Positions 23,005 through 35,988 of a stretch of DNA of 64,000 bases are shown in pieces; the stretch's first letter is position 1, and every line of letters begins with the position of its first letter. The stretch is taken from contig OZ251227.1 of NCBI GenBank assembly GCA_965240325.2, positions 2,666,001 to 2,730,000 of the forward strand, in the 5' to 3' direction. Origin of the DNA: Rebecca billardiae RCC1528 (Eukaryota > Protista > Haptophyta). Position numbers and translations under genes: made by a program. The notes beneath the pieces were generated by a model, which had not been told where the DNA came from, searched no databases, and was given only the letters and a program-made list of their open reading frames with translations.

Positions 23005-26000
23005 ATGGGCGACGCCGATGCAGAGTTCCGGAAGCTCGAGGAGGCGCTCGGGCACGTGATGCTCGCCTCGTGCGCACCCGACCTTCGCACCGACCCTGCC
23101 AAGTACGTCGGCCACAACGTCCCCATGATCAAGACCACGGCGCAGAGGATGGTCGAGCTGATGGCGCCGCCTGCCGACCCGGTCGTGCGCAAGCTGTCGG
23201 GCACGTTTGCGGAGCACGCGCCGCCGGCGCCGGCGCCGCTCGATGGCGTCGTGTGCTTCATCGACATCCGCATCCTCGAGGGCGAGGGCGACTCGAGCGA
23301 CGAGTTCGCCGATATGCTGCGCAAGCTCGGCGCCACGGTCGTGCCCAAGCTGAAGACTAAGGGGAAGAGCAAGGCGACGCACCTCGTGTTCAAGGACGGC
23401 GAGCGCGCGACGTACGAGAAGGCGCGCTCCGAAGGCCTACACATCGTCTCGGCCGAGTGGGCCCTCGCGTGCGAGCGCGCGGGCGAGCGGGTCGACGAGA
23501 AGAAGCACGCTGTCGCCGCGCCCGCCCCGGTGGCGCCCGCGGTGCGCGCTCTCGCGGCCTCGCGCGCGCGTGCGAGATGCGACGCGCCGCGCCCCACGCG
23601 CGCCCCACGCCCCCGGCCCGTGCCGCCCGCTCACACGAGTGTGCCTTCCGCCGTCGCCCCGCCCGCGCAGGGCGGCAGGGGCGGCAAGAAGGAGAAGGGC
23701 GCAGTCGCGGGCAAGTCCAAGGCGGCCGCGCGGCTGGCTGACCCGTCAGACGATCGCTTCGCCTCGTCGCAGCGCTTCCCCGAGACGTCCCGCGCGCGTG
23801 TGCACGTGCCCGCGACGATGGTGCCGCTCGCGCAGAAGAACACGCAGCCCGACCCGCCGTCCGAGCCCGAGGCGAGCACGGAGAAGATGGACGACGACGA
23901 CGACGGCGGCGGCAAGCCCGCAAGCCGCGCCGCGGACGACGACGCCTTCGACGACGCGCCGCCGAGCTCGACGCGCGCGCCGCGCACGTACGCCGGCCGC
24001 GGGAGCCTCAGCGGCAGCCGGGGCAGGAACGCGGGGCCCGCGCCGGACAAGCCCGCACTCCTCGCGCCCTCATCCGAGACGAAGGCGCCCCGCACGGACG
24101 GCAGCGCGGTCGATGATGGCGAGGCTGACGGGAGTGGCGCGTGTGAGCCGGGCGCGCGGCGCGCGAGCGAGCCGCTGCCCTCGAAGCGCGCACGCGGCAG
24201 CGCGTCCGACGCCGCGCAGGCGGGCACCAAGTCGCGCAAGGAGCACGCCGAGCACGCCGACGCGGGCGCGGCCAAGCGCTCTCGCCTCAGCCTGTCGAAG
24301 AAGAAGCAGGCGACGAATCCGAGCGCCGGTGCCGCGGGAGATCGCGATCTGGAGGCGGAGGAGGCGCATGTGGACGTGTCGCCCCCGACGGCGGAGCCCA
24401 TCGCGCCCGCGCCGGGCGCGGGCGCGGAGGAGCCCGCGCCCAAGCCAAGTGCCGCGCGCCCGACCAAATCGCGCGCCGCGAAGGCGGGCAAGGGCAAGCC
24501 CGACGGCGCACAGCCCAACGGCGCCGCCAAACCAAAGGCCTCAGCTGAGGGCGCGCACGCCACGGCGGGCGGCGCGGCGGCGCCGGCCGGTTCTGACCCG
24601 CCGGCCGCCAAGCCGAGCGGGGGCGCGAAGCCGGCAAAGCGCGCGAAGCCGGCTGCCGCCGAGCCGCCGAGCGCCTCCGCTGCGCCCGCGGGCAAGTCAG
24701 AGGCCGGCGCGCGCAAGGGCGGCGCGGCTGGCAGCGCCAAGCCCGTGGCGGCACGCGGCAAGTCGGCGCCGCCGCCGGCGGTGAAGGCGCCGCCGGCGTC
24801 CAAGCCGGCGATGACCGTCGCCGTCACCGGGCTCGATGACGAGATGGACACCGCGGGCACCGTGCGCGGCATCCTGTCGGGGATGAGCAAGGACGTCAAG
24901 CTGAGCCTGGAGACGGTGCGCGCGCGCGCGCGCGCTCGTGCGGCGCGCCTGGTGCCCAGCAGGCGCCGTGCGCACGCCGCCTTGGTTGGCTGGCGCGCGC
25001 CCTCACACTCACCGCGCTGCGCGACGCGCGGTCGCATTTGGTGGGCGCCGCGCGCGTGCGCAGATCCCGCCGCGCTCGCTGACGCACCTGGTCACCGCCG
25101 CGCTTCCGCCGAGCGGCAAGCCGAAGCGCCGCACGATCAAGCTGGCGCTCGCGCTGCTCCGCGGTACGCCTGTCGTGGCGCCATCGTGGGTGCTCGGCGC
25201 GGTCGGCGAGGGCTCTCTGGGCCCGCACGAGCCCCACACGGTGCTCGAGCTGGCGGAGGAGCTGCGCGCGCCGCTCAAGGGCGAGGTGGTCTTCGTCCAC
25301 GGCCCGTTCGCGCAGGACGCGCCGGAGGCGGCGATGCTGCAGCTCGTCAAGGAAGCGGGCGGTGCGCGCACACGCCCGACCGCGCCCGCGCGCCCGCGCC
25401 GCCGCCCGGCTCATCAGGACTGACACTCTTGCCCTCCGCCGTCGGGCGGCGCGCGCAGGCTCGCTCGTGACATCGCCCACCACGTCCACAGTCGCGCTCA
25501 TTGGCGCCAAGGCGCCGCCGAGCGTGGCGAAGGGGCTGGCGAAGCAGCCGAACACCAAGCGCGTGGGCGAGGGCTGGCTCTTCGATCGGATCTTTGAGCA
25601 CGCGGCGCGGCCTGGCGGCGCGCGCCGCAGCGGAGGCGCGACGCGCTCGCCTGCGCCAGCCGTGCCGGCGCGCCCGTCCGCCGTGCCGGCGCGCGCGGCG
25701 AGCGGCCTGCGCGCGGGCACGGCGGCCGCGCAGCCGTCGGGTGCCGTGCCGGCGACCGCCGCTGATGGCTCCTCGCGGCGCAAGCGCAAGGCCGTGCTCG
25801 CCGGCGAGGACGACGACGACGACGACGACGACGAGGAGGCTGACGAGCGCATCCCGCCCGCCGAGGACATGACGCGCGCTGGTGCCGAGCGCGCGCCGGC
25901 CGAGAAGCCGGGCGCTGTTGACGTTGGCGCGACGCGTGGTAATGCGCATCGGGCCGCAGACGCCGCGCCCGTCGACGAGGACAGTGGCGAGGAGGAGAGC

Positions 26001-26135
26001 GAGGAGGAGGGCGAGGGCGAGGACGAAGCATCGGACTCTGAGGCTGAGGACGATCAGCCCGCGGGCAACGATGAGGAGGAGGAGGAGGAGGAGGGGGAGG
26101 ACGACGACGACGAAAGTGGATCGGATGAGTACTAA
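23005..26135 (+). CDS. Microcephalin-like protein: N-terminal BRCT, long disordered linker, tandem C-terminal BRCTs, acidic tail; 4 exons
   Basis: LGATV...THLVFKDG...TYEKA...IVSAEWALAC...VDE; THLV...RTIKL..AL.RG.PVV.PSWV; QLVKEAGG...EGWLFDRI; introns 23542-23670, 24916-25063 and 25362-25458. Confidence 0.85.
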
Positions 26136-26523
26136 GCGCTGATGGGATTGGGGCGCGAGCTGCGAGCGAGAGCCCGTCGCATCTCGGGCAAGGAGCCCAA
26201 TAATGAGTGCATCGCGGTCAGCATCGGCCATGCGGCCATGCTTGAATCCTTGATCCGCCATGCTGATGGACGAAGACTGAAAGACCGGAAGTCTCGCCCG
26301 GACGAGGTAATTTCGTGAAACGCACGGCCTTAGCCTCAGCCGTAGCAGGAAGGTGGACACTTCCAGGAATCACCGAAGAAAGCCCTATTGAAGCCCTTTA
26401 GCCGGGCGGCTTTGGCCTGGCCCGGCCGTCAAGCTCAGCGACTTCAGCCGCACCGCCCCCCCCCTCCGGAAGCTCACGAACGAACAGGCGGCCGGTCCCC
26501 CAGGGCGCTGGCCGCTCGCAGCC

Positions 26524-27189
26524 ATGAGCGCATGCTTGCAGTTCCTCTTCGAGGACAGCGATCTCGCTCGGCAGGTCCGCAAAATGGCCGACGTCGTGTC
26601 CTCCGACAGCGTCACGCGTGCCTTCCTGCAGCTCGCGCAGAAGCGCGGTAGCGCAGATCCGACGGTCAAGCGCTTCTTCCTGCTCGACCGCACGACGCGC
26701 AAGCCCGTGCGCGTGCACTCGCTCTCGGAGCTCCCCATCGGCCGCCTGTACCTGTACGGCGAGGGCCACACGCTCGTCCGGTGCGCCGTGGACAAGGTGC
26801 TGCTCGCGGGCAAGGTGCCGCTCTCAATCGCTCCGATGCCAAAGCTGGTGCAACGCTCGCCCGACCAGCCGCGTGCCGGCATCCGCTCCGGAGCTGCGAC
26901 GCCCGAGCCCGCGATGAAGCGGCACAACGCGTTCCTCAGCGTGGCGATGGCGCGCAAGATTGACGCGGACGACGAGGCCGCTCGGCAGCGGAGGGAGAGG
27001 CGAGCCGCAGAGGCGCGCGCTAAGCGGCGCGCTGCTGAGGTGCGGCGTGAGATGGGCGCCAAGTCGGAGAGCGACTCGGACACGGCGTCCGTGAGCGATC
27101 CGCGCACCCTTATTGTCGGTGGCGAGACCGGCGTACCTCCCTCGCCCTCGGCCCCGTCTGCACCCGCCTGGGGCGAGGACCTCGACTGA
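26524..27189 (+). CDS. Hypothetical protein, 221 aa, with a weak doublecortin-like segment
   Basis: Strong codon bias; VKRFFLLD...VHSLSEL...YLYGEG loosely resembles DCX domains. Confidence 0.6.
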   Translation: MSACLQFLFEDSDLARQVRKMADVVSSDSVTRAFLQLAQKRGSADPTVKRFFLLDRTTRKPVRVHSLSELPIGRLYLYGEGHTLVRCAVDKVLLAGKVPLSIAPMPKLVQRSPDQPRAGIRSGAATPEPAMKRHNAFLSVAMARKIDADDEAARQRRERRAAEARAKRRAAEVRREMGAKSESDSDTASVSDPRTLIVGGETGVPPSPSAPSAPAWGEDLD

Positions 27190-27503
27190 TGCCTATTCGC
27201 TCCGGCCTTGCTCCGGCCCGTCGCCACCGCCGTCACGGAACACGGATGTCGGATGACGGAGTCACGCCGTCAGAAAGTCTAGTCCGGGAGTCCCAGACCG
27301 TGCCGCTCGGCCGACAGTGCTCGTCGTCCACTCGCTCTGATGCTGAATGAATCTGAGCATAGTACAGCAGTGATGATGATGATGACGATGCGCGACTACA
27401 CAGTCTCACTCAAACTACACTGCTCTGAGACTCTCTACTCTCTAGTGAGTAGTGTCTCTCACTGTCTCTACAGTCACTCACATGTCACAGTCTCACAGAA
27501 TGA

Positions 27504-27597
27504 CGATCGGCCGCTGCCAGCCGACCGGGCCGCGTGCCCGCGGCACTGATGAATCACTGTGACTGGCTGAGCCCGGTCGGCTGGCAGCGGCCGATCG
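27504..27597. repeat. 94-bp hairpin or micro-MITE with perfect 27-bp arms and TGA on both sides
   Basis: CGATCGGCCGCTGCCAGCCGACCGGGC (27504-27530) is inverted at 27571-27597; TGA at 27501-27503 and 27598-27600. Confidence 0.9.
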
Positions 27598-27798
27598 TGA
27601 TCGGTGATCGCCTCGTGGCTCACGTCAGGTCACTGTGACAGTGAGTGTCAGTCAGTATGACCGTGGCAGCGTCTGGACTGGCTGTCTGGCACCAGCCTCC
27701 GAGGCACGTGGCGGGCGGTGGCGGCTCCAGCCCCCGGGCTTGATTGGCGGCGGAAGCCTGCGCCGCGCTGGCCGACCCACGCCCGGCGCCGCCCGCGG

Positions 27799-30552
27799 CT
27801 ACAACTCCTCGTCCTCCTCGTAGTCGTCGTCGTACTCGCCGTCCTGCGCGCCGAGGCTGAGGTACGCCTCTTCTGAGAGCGCGCCGTACGCGCGGCCGTC
27901 TGCGGAGAGCACGCCTGGCGACTCCATGTCCAGCCCGTACTCGGCGCCGTACTCGTCGGCCTCGTCGTAGCTGAGCCGGGAGCGCCCGCTGCCGGCGCGC
28001 GAGACGTCGAGCTCGCCTGCCGCCGCCGCCTCCTCCAGCTCAGAGACATCGTGCACCGCCACCTTGCTCAGCGCCTCGTTGATGGCCATGGCCTCCTGCG
28101 GGTGTGCGCGCGCGGGCGGCGCGGCGGCGGGCGGCGGGGCGGCGGCGGCCAAGCAGCAGCAGCAGCAGCAGCAAGCAGCGCGCGTGAGCGGTGCTCGGCG
28201 CGGCGCGCTCGGCGGCGGGGGCCACGCGGCGCCGCGGAGGGCGCCCTCGCACCTCGTACTGCTCCACCTCGTCCTCCTCGATCGCGTCGAGCCACTCCGA
28301 GTTGTGCAGCTGGAACTTGCGCTCTCTGATCTGCGCGCCCCATTGGCCGGAGCTGTCGTGCTCGGCGACCAGGTCGAGCACCGCCGAGGCCTGCTGGCGC
28401 ACGGCGGCGCAGTTGTCGTACAGCAGCTCGAGCACGTGCGTGACGAGCTGCGTCTCGTGCAGCACGATCTCGCGCGCCTCCTGCGCCGCGCCGAGGGCGG
28501 AGGGAGCGAGCGCGTGAGGGGCGCGGCGCGCGCGCGCGCGAGCACACAACGCCGCGTCGCGCAGCGGCGCGGCGGCGCGCGGCGGCGCGAGGCTTACCTC
28601 GTTGAAGAGCAGGCGGTAGAAGGCCCAGAGCACGGCGACGACGATCTCGTCGTCCTCCTGCTTGTCGTCCAGCGTCGTGATCAGCGCGGGCAGCAGCCGC
28701 CCCGCGCGCACGAGCAGCGGCACGCAGCCCGCGTGCCCCGCGCACACGGCCGACAACCTGACCGCCTCGAGGATGACGTCGTCCGCGGCAAAGCCGGGCA
28801 TCAGCATGGTGTGCAGCAGCTCGAGGGCGTTGTGCTCGATGAGGAGGTCGGGGAGCTCGTCGAGGAGCTCGAGCGGCAGCTCGGCCAGCAGCCCGATCGC
28901 CTCGAACTGCACGTCCGCCGACTCCGCGTGCCGCGCGAGGTCGAGCAGGCTGCCCGCGTACGCGCGCGCCAACTCCTCGCACCAGTCATGCTCGTGGTGC
29001 CGCGCGACGTTGCGGAGCACCTTGAGCGCGAGCGCGTGCTGCCCGCGCACGGCGAGGGTGACGAGGCCGCGCAGCGCGCCGCGCGCGCGCGCGCACGCGG
29101 CCGCGTTCTCCACGCTCGTCATCAGGTTGACCAGCAGCGCGAGCACCTCGGGCGGCACGAGGGACGCGTCGGGGGTGTTGACGACCGTGCCGACCAGCAT
29201 GGGCACCGACTGCGTCATCTTGACGCGCTCGTCGTCGAGCGCCGAGAGCTTGTACAGCAGGCGCACGGCGAGGAGGCGGTGGCGCCCCTTGCGCAGCAGC
29301 GAGAGCAGCTTCGGCGTGAGCCCCGCCCGCCCCATCTGCGCGCGGCACTTGGGGTGGAACGAGAGGTTGAACAGCAGCCGCAGCACCTGCTCCAGCAGGC
29401 CCTCGTGCTGGTTTGGGACAAACGGGATCAGCCGGTCGGCGAGCCGCGCCTTCGCCATCTCCGCCGCGTTCTCGGAGAAGATGGAGAGCTTCTTGAGGAA
29501 GGCGACGACGAGGATGAGCAGGTCGGCGTTCTGCCGCCCCAGCATCGCGATCAGCATCGGCACGATCCCGTGGTTCACCATCTTGCGCTCGGTGTTCGGG
29601 TCCTCTGACAGGTTGAGCAGCACGTGGAAAGCCACATACAGCAGCCGCTCGCCCTTGCGCACGCGCACGCGCTCGCGGCGCGCGTCCTCGGCGGCGCCGT
29701 CGGCGGCGGCGCGCGCGCGCTCGCGCTCGCGGAGCGCGTGCCGCTTGATCTCCAGGTCGACCACGTCCATCACCATCGAGCCCACCTTGAACTCGAGCAG
29801 CGAGTCGTGGAAATCTGAATACACCGAGATCGCATACAGAATCGACACGATCGTAATCGCGAGGTCGGTCGACTTCTTGCCCTCGTCGTTGAGCAGCCGC
29901 GTGAGGCAGCCGAGCAGCCGGTCGTCGCCGATCAGGCTCTGCATGTGGCTCGGCTCGCGCGCCAGCGCGAGCAGCATCCCCGTCGCCTCGATCGACGCCT
30001 CGATGCCCTCGTAGCACTGGTCGATGTAATCGCCGAGACGGTCCAGCCGCGCGGCCGACGCGTCCGGCCGGTCGGCGGCGGCGCTGCCGCCGGCACCGTC
30101 CGCGCCGGAGCGCCGTGGGGCGGTGCCGTGGTACTGCGCGTGCTGCAGCTGGCGCAGCAGGTCCTCCACCGTCCCGCGCTTCGCCTCGGGGATCAGCTTG
30201 CACTTCTCGAGGATGTCGTCTGCGAGCCGCGGGATGTCCGTGCGCTCGTTGAGCGTCTTGAGCCGGATGAGCTTCTGGTTCTGCTTGCGGTCAGCGATGA
30301 TCGGCTCGCCCATATCGCCGAGCACCGTCGCCTCCACCTCGTAGTTCACGACGAGCGCACATGCTGCGCGCGCGCGCAAGCGACGCGAGCGCGAGCGCGC
30401 GGCGCGGCCGTGCGCATGAGCGGAGCGCGCGGCGCCCGACCCCGGACAGGCCAAACGACGGCCGGGCCGTGCGATCGCGCACCTTCCGCGTCGATCTCGA
30501 TCGTCCCCGCCTTCACCTTGCGCTTCATGAAGCGCGCATTGGACTCCGCCAT
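27799..30552 (-). CDS. KAP3: Kinesin-associated protein 3 (kinesin-2 / IFT accessory subunit); 4 exons
   Basis: KRKVKAGTIEID..ALVVNYEVEA..LGDMGEP..KLIRLK, LLNLSED, FLKKLSIF.EN, QEDDEIV, KFQLHNSEWL; introns 30482-30364, 28597-28481 and 28252-28096. Confidence 0.95.
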
Positions 30553-30685
30553 GGCCGCACGCCACAACGGCCCGGTCGAGGAAAGCGCGGAGGTGGTGTC
30601 CGGTTGGTGGCAGCCAGTCGAGCAAGTGCCGCCATCGTGTTTTCCCGGCCGGTGCTGCCGACGCGTGCACGCCGCTGCCTCGCGG

Positions 30686-31982
30686 ATGAGGCCTGCGCAC
30701 GTCGACGCGGACGGCATCTTCGTCAGCAGGCCGGAAGCAGACGCGGCGGCGCTCGAGTGGGTTGGCGAGCCCAGGCCACAGCAACGGCTGTCGTCGTCCG
30801 CCGGCGCTGAGGCGCTGTGCGCGACGTACGAGGCGCTACGCGCCTACGGCGAGGAAGTGAGAGTGGGGGACTGCGTGTACGTGCACCCGGCCGAGCTCAG
30901 CTCGCCCTGCGACGTCGGCCTCGTCGCGCACCTCTTCGAGGCGGACGATGGCACGAAAAAAGCGGAAGTGCGCTGGTTCTGGCGCGGCGCGAGATTACAG
31001 CTGCCAAGGGGCATCAAGCTCGAGCACAAGCGCGAGCTCTTCCTCAGCGACGCGCACGCCGAGGTCGACGCCACGGCGATCGACAGGTGCGCGAATGCGG
31101 GTCCCCACCTGCACGCGCGCAACCGCGACCGTCGCATGCATGCGCCCACGTCGCCGGCGCACCCGTGCACGCGCGCGCGCGCGCGCGCGCGGCGCATGCA
31201 TGCGCGAAGGAAAGTGAGTGTGTATCATGCGAGGAAGGACGAGAAGGTGCCGCTTGCGATCAAGGAGCAGCGCGATACGTTCTTTTACCGGCGCACGTAC
31301 GACCCTGAGAAGAAGACCTTCAGCGGCGAGGCACCGCACGCCGGGAGCTGCGCGCCCTTGCCTGAGGCGGGCCCGCCAGCCAAGCGGTGTGCGCACGCGC
31401 GCGCACGTGTTGGCCTTTGGCGCGACGCCGGACGGCACGCAGCCGCGCGCCCTCGGCCGCGGCTGAGCCGCATCAACGCGCGCCTGTGCCTGCCCACTGC
31501 GCGCGCATCGCCCGCGCAGCGCGAGGAAAGGCAAGAAGGCCTCGCCGGCCAAGGCGCCGCGCGCGGTCCAGCTGGCAGACGACGCGGGCGACGGGTACCG
31601 GTCTGTGAAGAGCATCCTTGAGAAGATCGAGTCGTATAGGCTCGAGATCATCGGCAAGATGGACGAGGTGAAGGGGCTGGTGCAGGCGGTGCGGCAGGAG
31701 TCGTGCGCGCAGCAGGGGCAGCTGAGCGCGCGGCTCGACGACGCCGAGGCGAAGCTGAATGCGTTGCTTGCGCCGACTGACGCCGGCGGCGGGGCTGTGG
31801 TCGAGGACGGCCTCAACGGCGATGCCGACGATGACCCATCAGCAGCAGCCAATCGGCGTCCGCCATCTGCAGTGGCGCCTCGCGACAGCGGTGATGACGG
31901 GCATCTCGCAGGACACGCCCATGACGGTGCGGCTCACTCTCAGCACGCTGCGACACCGCAGGCGGCTGTACTGCCAGCGTGA
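30686..31982 (+). CDS. BAH domain protein with C-terminal coiled coil; 3 exons
   Basis: VRVGDCVYV, VRWFWR, RELFLSD, I.RKVSV, FFYRRTYD; introns 31087-31209 and 31387-31519. Confidence 0.85.
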
Positions 31983-32735
31983 TGATCTGGCGGATGGGCC
32001 GAGCACTGACGCCGGTCAGACGGTCTCACGGTCAGTGACCTGCGGCCTGAGTGAGGCATGGCACCGGGCCGGCTGTCGGCGCCGTAGCTCGTCTCACGTC
32101 TTGCTGCGGGCTCGGCCCACCCAGCGGCACTCCCTCCAAGTGCCTCCGGCTGCTGGCGGCCGCTGGGGCGCCTGGCCGCGCACTCTGAGTAGTCTGACGA
32201 GTGACGGCGGCCGCGCACGGCACGACGGCGACGGCCACGGGGGAGTCTCGGGGTGTGCCATCATAGTAGACTTCGCGCGCCAGTACACATCGGCACTCGG
32301 ACGGGGCGGCGCGGTACACATCAGGCTGCACAGCCCACACTCCGTACAGGGCTACAGGCCACCGTCACTCTGCCGTGTCCCGGTGTCTCAGTCTGCGGCA
32401 GCAGACCGTGTCCGTGATCGGATTCGCTATTCGGCACGGGACGCCGACGGACACAGTGAGTCCGCCGTGTGCCGCGTCCTGCCGTCCTGCCTCCTACAGT
32501 AGTCCTGACACGGGCCGGCCGCTCCGCCGCAGACGACCGCCGCTGTCGTCAATATTATATATCGTCATCGCGCCGCTAAACAGTTTACTAGTAAACAACT
32601 AATTCAAGTTCAGTGCGCTGCTGATCCCTGCCGCGGGCAGAGCCGCGAGCGTCAGAACGACTACACTACAACACGATACTACTACAGTATTACAGGGGCC
32701 TCTGGCACCTGTCCGAGGCTGAGACCAATCTTGAG

Positions 32736-34133
32736 TCAGACGGCCGGTGGCGCTGAGAGGATGGCGAGCGCCGCCTGGCGGCCCGTCGTCATCGCCCCGT
32801 GCACGCACGGATTCACGCCCTCGTTCGTCGCCTCCCCAGCAAAGTACACAGTGCCACCCAGAGGCGTGCGCAACGTCTGGCGCGCGTCGCCGGCGTGCAG
32901 CGTCGGGTGCGAGTACGCGCCGTGCGCAAACGGCACGTCACGCCAGTTGCGCACCGCGTGCCCGACGCAGCACGAGGTGGCGGGGTTTGGGTCAGCCGCA
33001 GTGCCGAAGATGAAATCGAGCTGAGCGAGCATCCGGCGCACCAGCACCTCCTCGCCCAGCGCGGCGATGCGCTCCGACCGGCGGCCGGCGACGAAGCCTA
33101 CGATCACGTGTGTGCGCCCTGCCGTGCTCTCGCGCTGGGCGTCAGCATCGCCCGGCGCCTCGCCGCCGGCACGGCCACCCGCTGGCGTGAGCCACAGCTC
33201 CGGGAAGAGGCAGTCGGCGCACACCACGTCCCACAGGTCATCCGGCCAGAACCTGCGGGACACCCGCACGACCACCTTCAGCGCGTTGCCCACGCTGACC
33301 TTGCCGATCGCCTCCGCGCGCGCCGCGGGCAGCGGCGGCTCAAACCGGAGCGAGCCGCGTTGCAGCACAGCCAGTGGGATGGTCACGACCACCGAGCGCG
33401 CGCGCACGCGCCGGCCCTGCGCGTCGACGACGGCGGCGCCGTCCGCGGGATCGTCGGACCACTCCACCCGGACGGCCTCGAAGCCGGTGAGCACCTCCAG
33501 CCCTTTGGCCACGTGCTCGACGACGTCGGAGAGCGTGTGCGGCGGCGCGAGCGCGAGGTACTCCTCGCCGTGGCTCCACGCGCGCTGCTCGGCGATGGTC
33601 TCGTGTAGGCCGATGTCGGACATCTCGGCGCCGTAGTCGTTTGCGTAGATGGCGTCGGCGAGGTCGATGACGCGCGAGGCCACGCCGCGCGCGGCGAGGG
33701 CCTGCAGCAGCGACTGCTCCGCCGTGCTGCCCACATCCAAATCCTTCAACAGCTCAAACTGATCAAACATGTGCGCGATGTCCGGGTCCTCGTCGGCCTC
33801 GTCGGAGGAGAGGAGGCGCCCCTCGCGGCCGAGGTAGTAGTAGTTTGGCCAGGCCATCTCGACCACGCGGCAGCCCATCGCCAACGCCTCGTCGAGCAGC
33901 ATGTTGTCGGCACTGCCATGAATGAACTCTGGGCCGAGCTCGATGCGCTCGTTCGGGTCGCCGCCGGGGACGGCGGTGTTGGCAACGCGCCCGCCTACGC
34001 GCTCGGTGGCCTCGAGCACGAGCACGTCCGTGCGCCCGTGCGCAACCAGCTCACGCGCGGCGACAAGGCCCGCCGGGCCGGCGCCGACAATCGCCACGTC
34101 CACGTGGCGGCACGTGTCATTCATGACATTCAT
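32736..34133 (-). CDS. Flavin-dependent amine oxidase (polyamine oxidase / LSD catalytic-domain-like)
   Basis: IVGAGPAGL, LEATERVGGR, ELGPEFIHG, VVVTIPLAVL, F.PPLP, GAYS and YFAGEAT...VHGAMTTG. Confidence 0.92.
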   Translation of the reverse strand: MNVMNDTCRHVDVAIVGAGPAGLVAARELVAHGRTDVLVLEATERVGGRVANTAVPGGDPNERIELGPEFIHGSADNMLLDEALAMGCRVVEMAWPNYYYLGREGRLLSSDEADEDPDIAHMFDQFELLKDLDVGSTAEQSLLQALAARGVASRVIDLADAIYANDYGAEMSDIGLHETIAEQRAWSHGEEYLALAPPHTLSDVVEHVAKGLEVLTGFEAVRVEWSDDPADGAAVVDAQGRRVRARSVVVTIPLAVLQRGSLRFEPPLPAARAEAIGKVSVGNALKVVVRVSRRFWPDDLWDVVCADCLFPELWLTPAGGRAGGEAPGDADAQRESTAGRTHVIVGFVAGRRSERIAALGEEVLVRRMLAQLDFIFGTAADPNPATSCCVGHAVRNWRDVPFAHGAYSHPTLHAGDARQTLRTPLGGTVYFAGEATNEGVNPCVHGAMTTGRQAALAILSAPPAV

Positions 34134-34298
34134 TGGAGCAAATGTGGACGGCGCTTGCGCGCTTTCGTCCCTGGGAGAGCTGCCGCGCGCTCGCGGCCGG
34201 GGGAAAATCTCTTGCAGGCCAGGCGGTTGTGCGCGGGGCCGGGCGGCGTCCACCCTTGCCGCCCTGCTTGGTGCTCGCTCGGCGCGCCGCTTGTCAAC

Positions 34299-35313
34299 AT
34301 GCTGCCCACGGCAACGCTGTACTGGATACTCGGCGCAGAGCTTCTCATCATCGGATGCGCAAGCGCCGCGCTGTCACACCGCCACATCCGCAGCCGGCAG
34401 CACCCGTCACTCCGGCTCGTGTCGACGATGGCGTGGTCGTGGAGGCCGTTGTCCGTCGGGCGCACCGGCGTGTGGGCCCTCCTGGCGTTCCGAGCGTCGT
34501 GCGCCGCTCTCTTCGCGGGGACGCTCATGGTTGTTGTCGAGGAGAACCCGCGAGGTGCTCACCCCTTCTTCTTCTTCACCACGTACGCGCGAGTGCCCGC
34601 CACCCCCCACGCGCGCGAGCGCCCACGCCCTTCTCCCTCATCGGCACATGCACGCCGCGCGCGCTCGCAGGTGGAACTTCTGCCTCCAGCTGGTGTACTT
34701 TTGCCTCGCGTCTATCGCAGGGGCGAGGCTCCTATGCAAACCACCGTGGGCGCTGCTCGAGTCGCCCGCCGAGCGCGCGCTCTCGAGCACAGTGCACATG
34801 CTCTTCTCGGTCTGCCTGCCGTCGTCATTACTGGTCTCCGTGGTGCTGTGGGGCGTGCTCTTGCCGCAGTCCATCGCGTCGGGCGACGAGCAGGCCGTGG
34901 CGCACACGCTGAGCCCATCCTCCTTCGTGCAGCACGCGGTGAACACCGCGCTGCTGCTGCTCGACTTCTCGGCCAATCACATGCTGGTCGACCCGTCCAC
35001 GCTCGTGCTCGTGGTGCTGTGGAACACGGTGTACGTGCTGTTCGAATGGTGCGCGCACGCGGTCAACGGCTGGTGGACCTACTTCTTCCTCCGCATCAGC
35101 GACGCCACCCCCATGTGGTACGCTGCGCTGGCGCTCGTCGGCGTCGGCGCGCACGCGCTCACTGTCGGACTGTCGAAGCTGAAGGCCTGGCGACTCCACT
35201 TGGCGCACGAGGCCACAGAAACGAGCGCGCTCAACCCGCTCACGCAACCCGCGAGCGGGCGGGACCCTGGCAGCGAGCTCGAGAACAGCTCCGCTGACTA
35301 CACGGAGATATAG
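34299..35313 (+). CDS. Multi-pass membrane protein, rolling stone / FAR-17a-AIG1-like; 2 exons
   Basis: FFTTWNF.LQ..YF, V.V.LW..L, QHAVN..LLLLDF and W.YFFL motifs; intron 34583-34670 restores the frame. Confidence 0.8.
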
Positions 35314-35988
35314 TCAGCATCGCCCCCTGCGTCTCCATCTTGCCCTTATTGGCGTCAGTACCTTGTAACAGCCTCTTCGAGTCTGACTGAGTCCGTGCAT
35401 GCAGCCTGCCCGCCGCCAGGTTATGTTATGACTCGCGGTGACGGCCCGACTCAGACTGACGGGGCTCCGGGCCCGGTGACAGTCCGCCGGTGACTCGGCT
35501 CCGGCGGCCGGGCCGCGCTGCGCGTAGTTCTATGTCGTATGATACAACTATACTACAATTCTACTTCTAAGACTGCTAATAATATCTAGTTTATAAGTCG
35601 ATCTGCTGATATGATAAGCAGAATCGATCATCGCCGATATTCGCGCCTCATTCTGTAAATCTGTAATTCGGCATTCGCGCGCTGACGGCGGCGGCGGTAA
35701 AGACCGTTAATGCGTTATTGACTGTGACGCGACTTTAATAACGCCGTGTTGAGTCGGGCGCTGCTGTCTACGGACGATCGATGACTCTGATCCCGCCGCG
35801 CGGCGACTCGTAAGCTCAGGCTATTGTTCTCAGAGCCGCTGGCTGGTTAGTGGTTTCCGATCGAGCCGTTCGCGCCCGAAACGTCGGTCCGCCAAAACTC
35901 GGCCCGCGACCGATCCAACGGTCGGGCGTGTGGCGGCAACGCCAACGGCAGCACCCCACGCGGTGTCGACCGCAGCGATGCCCGCATG

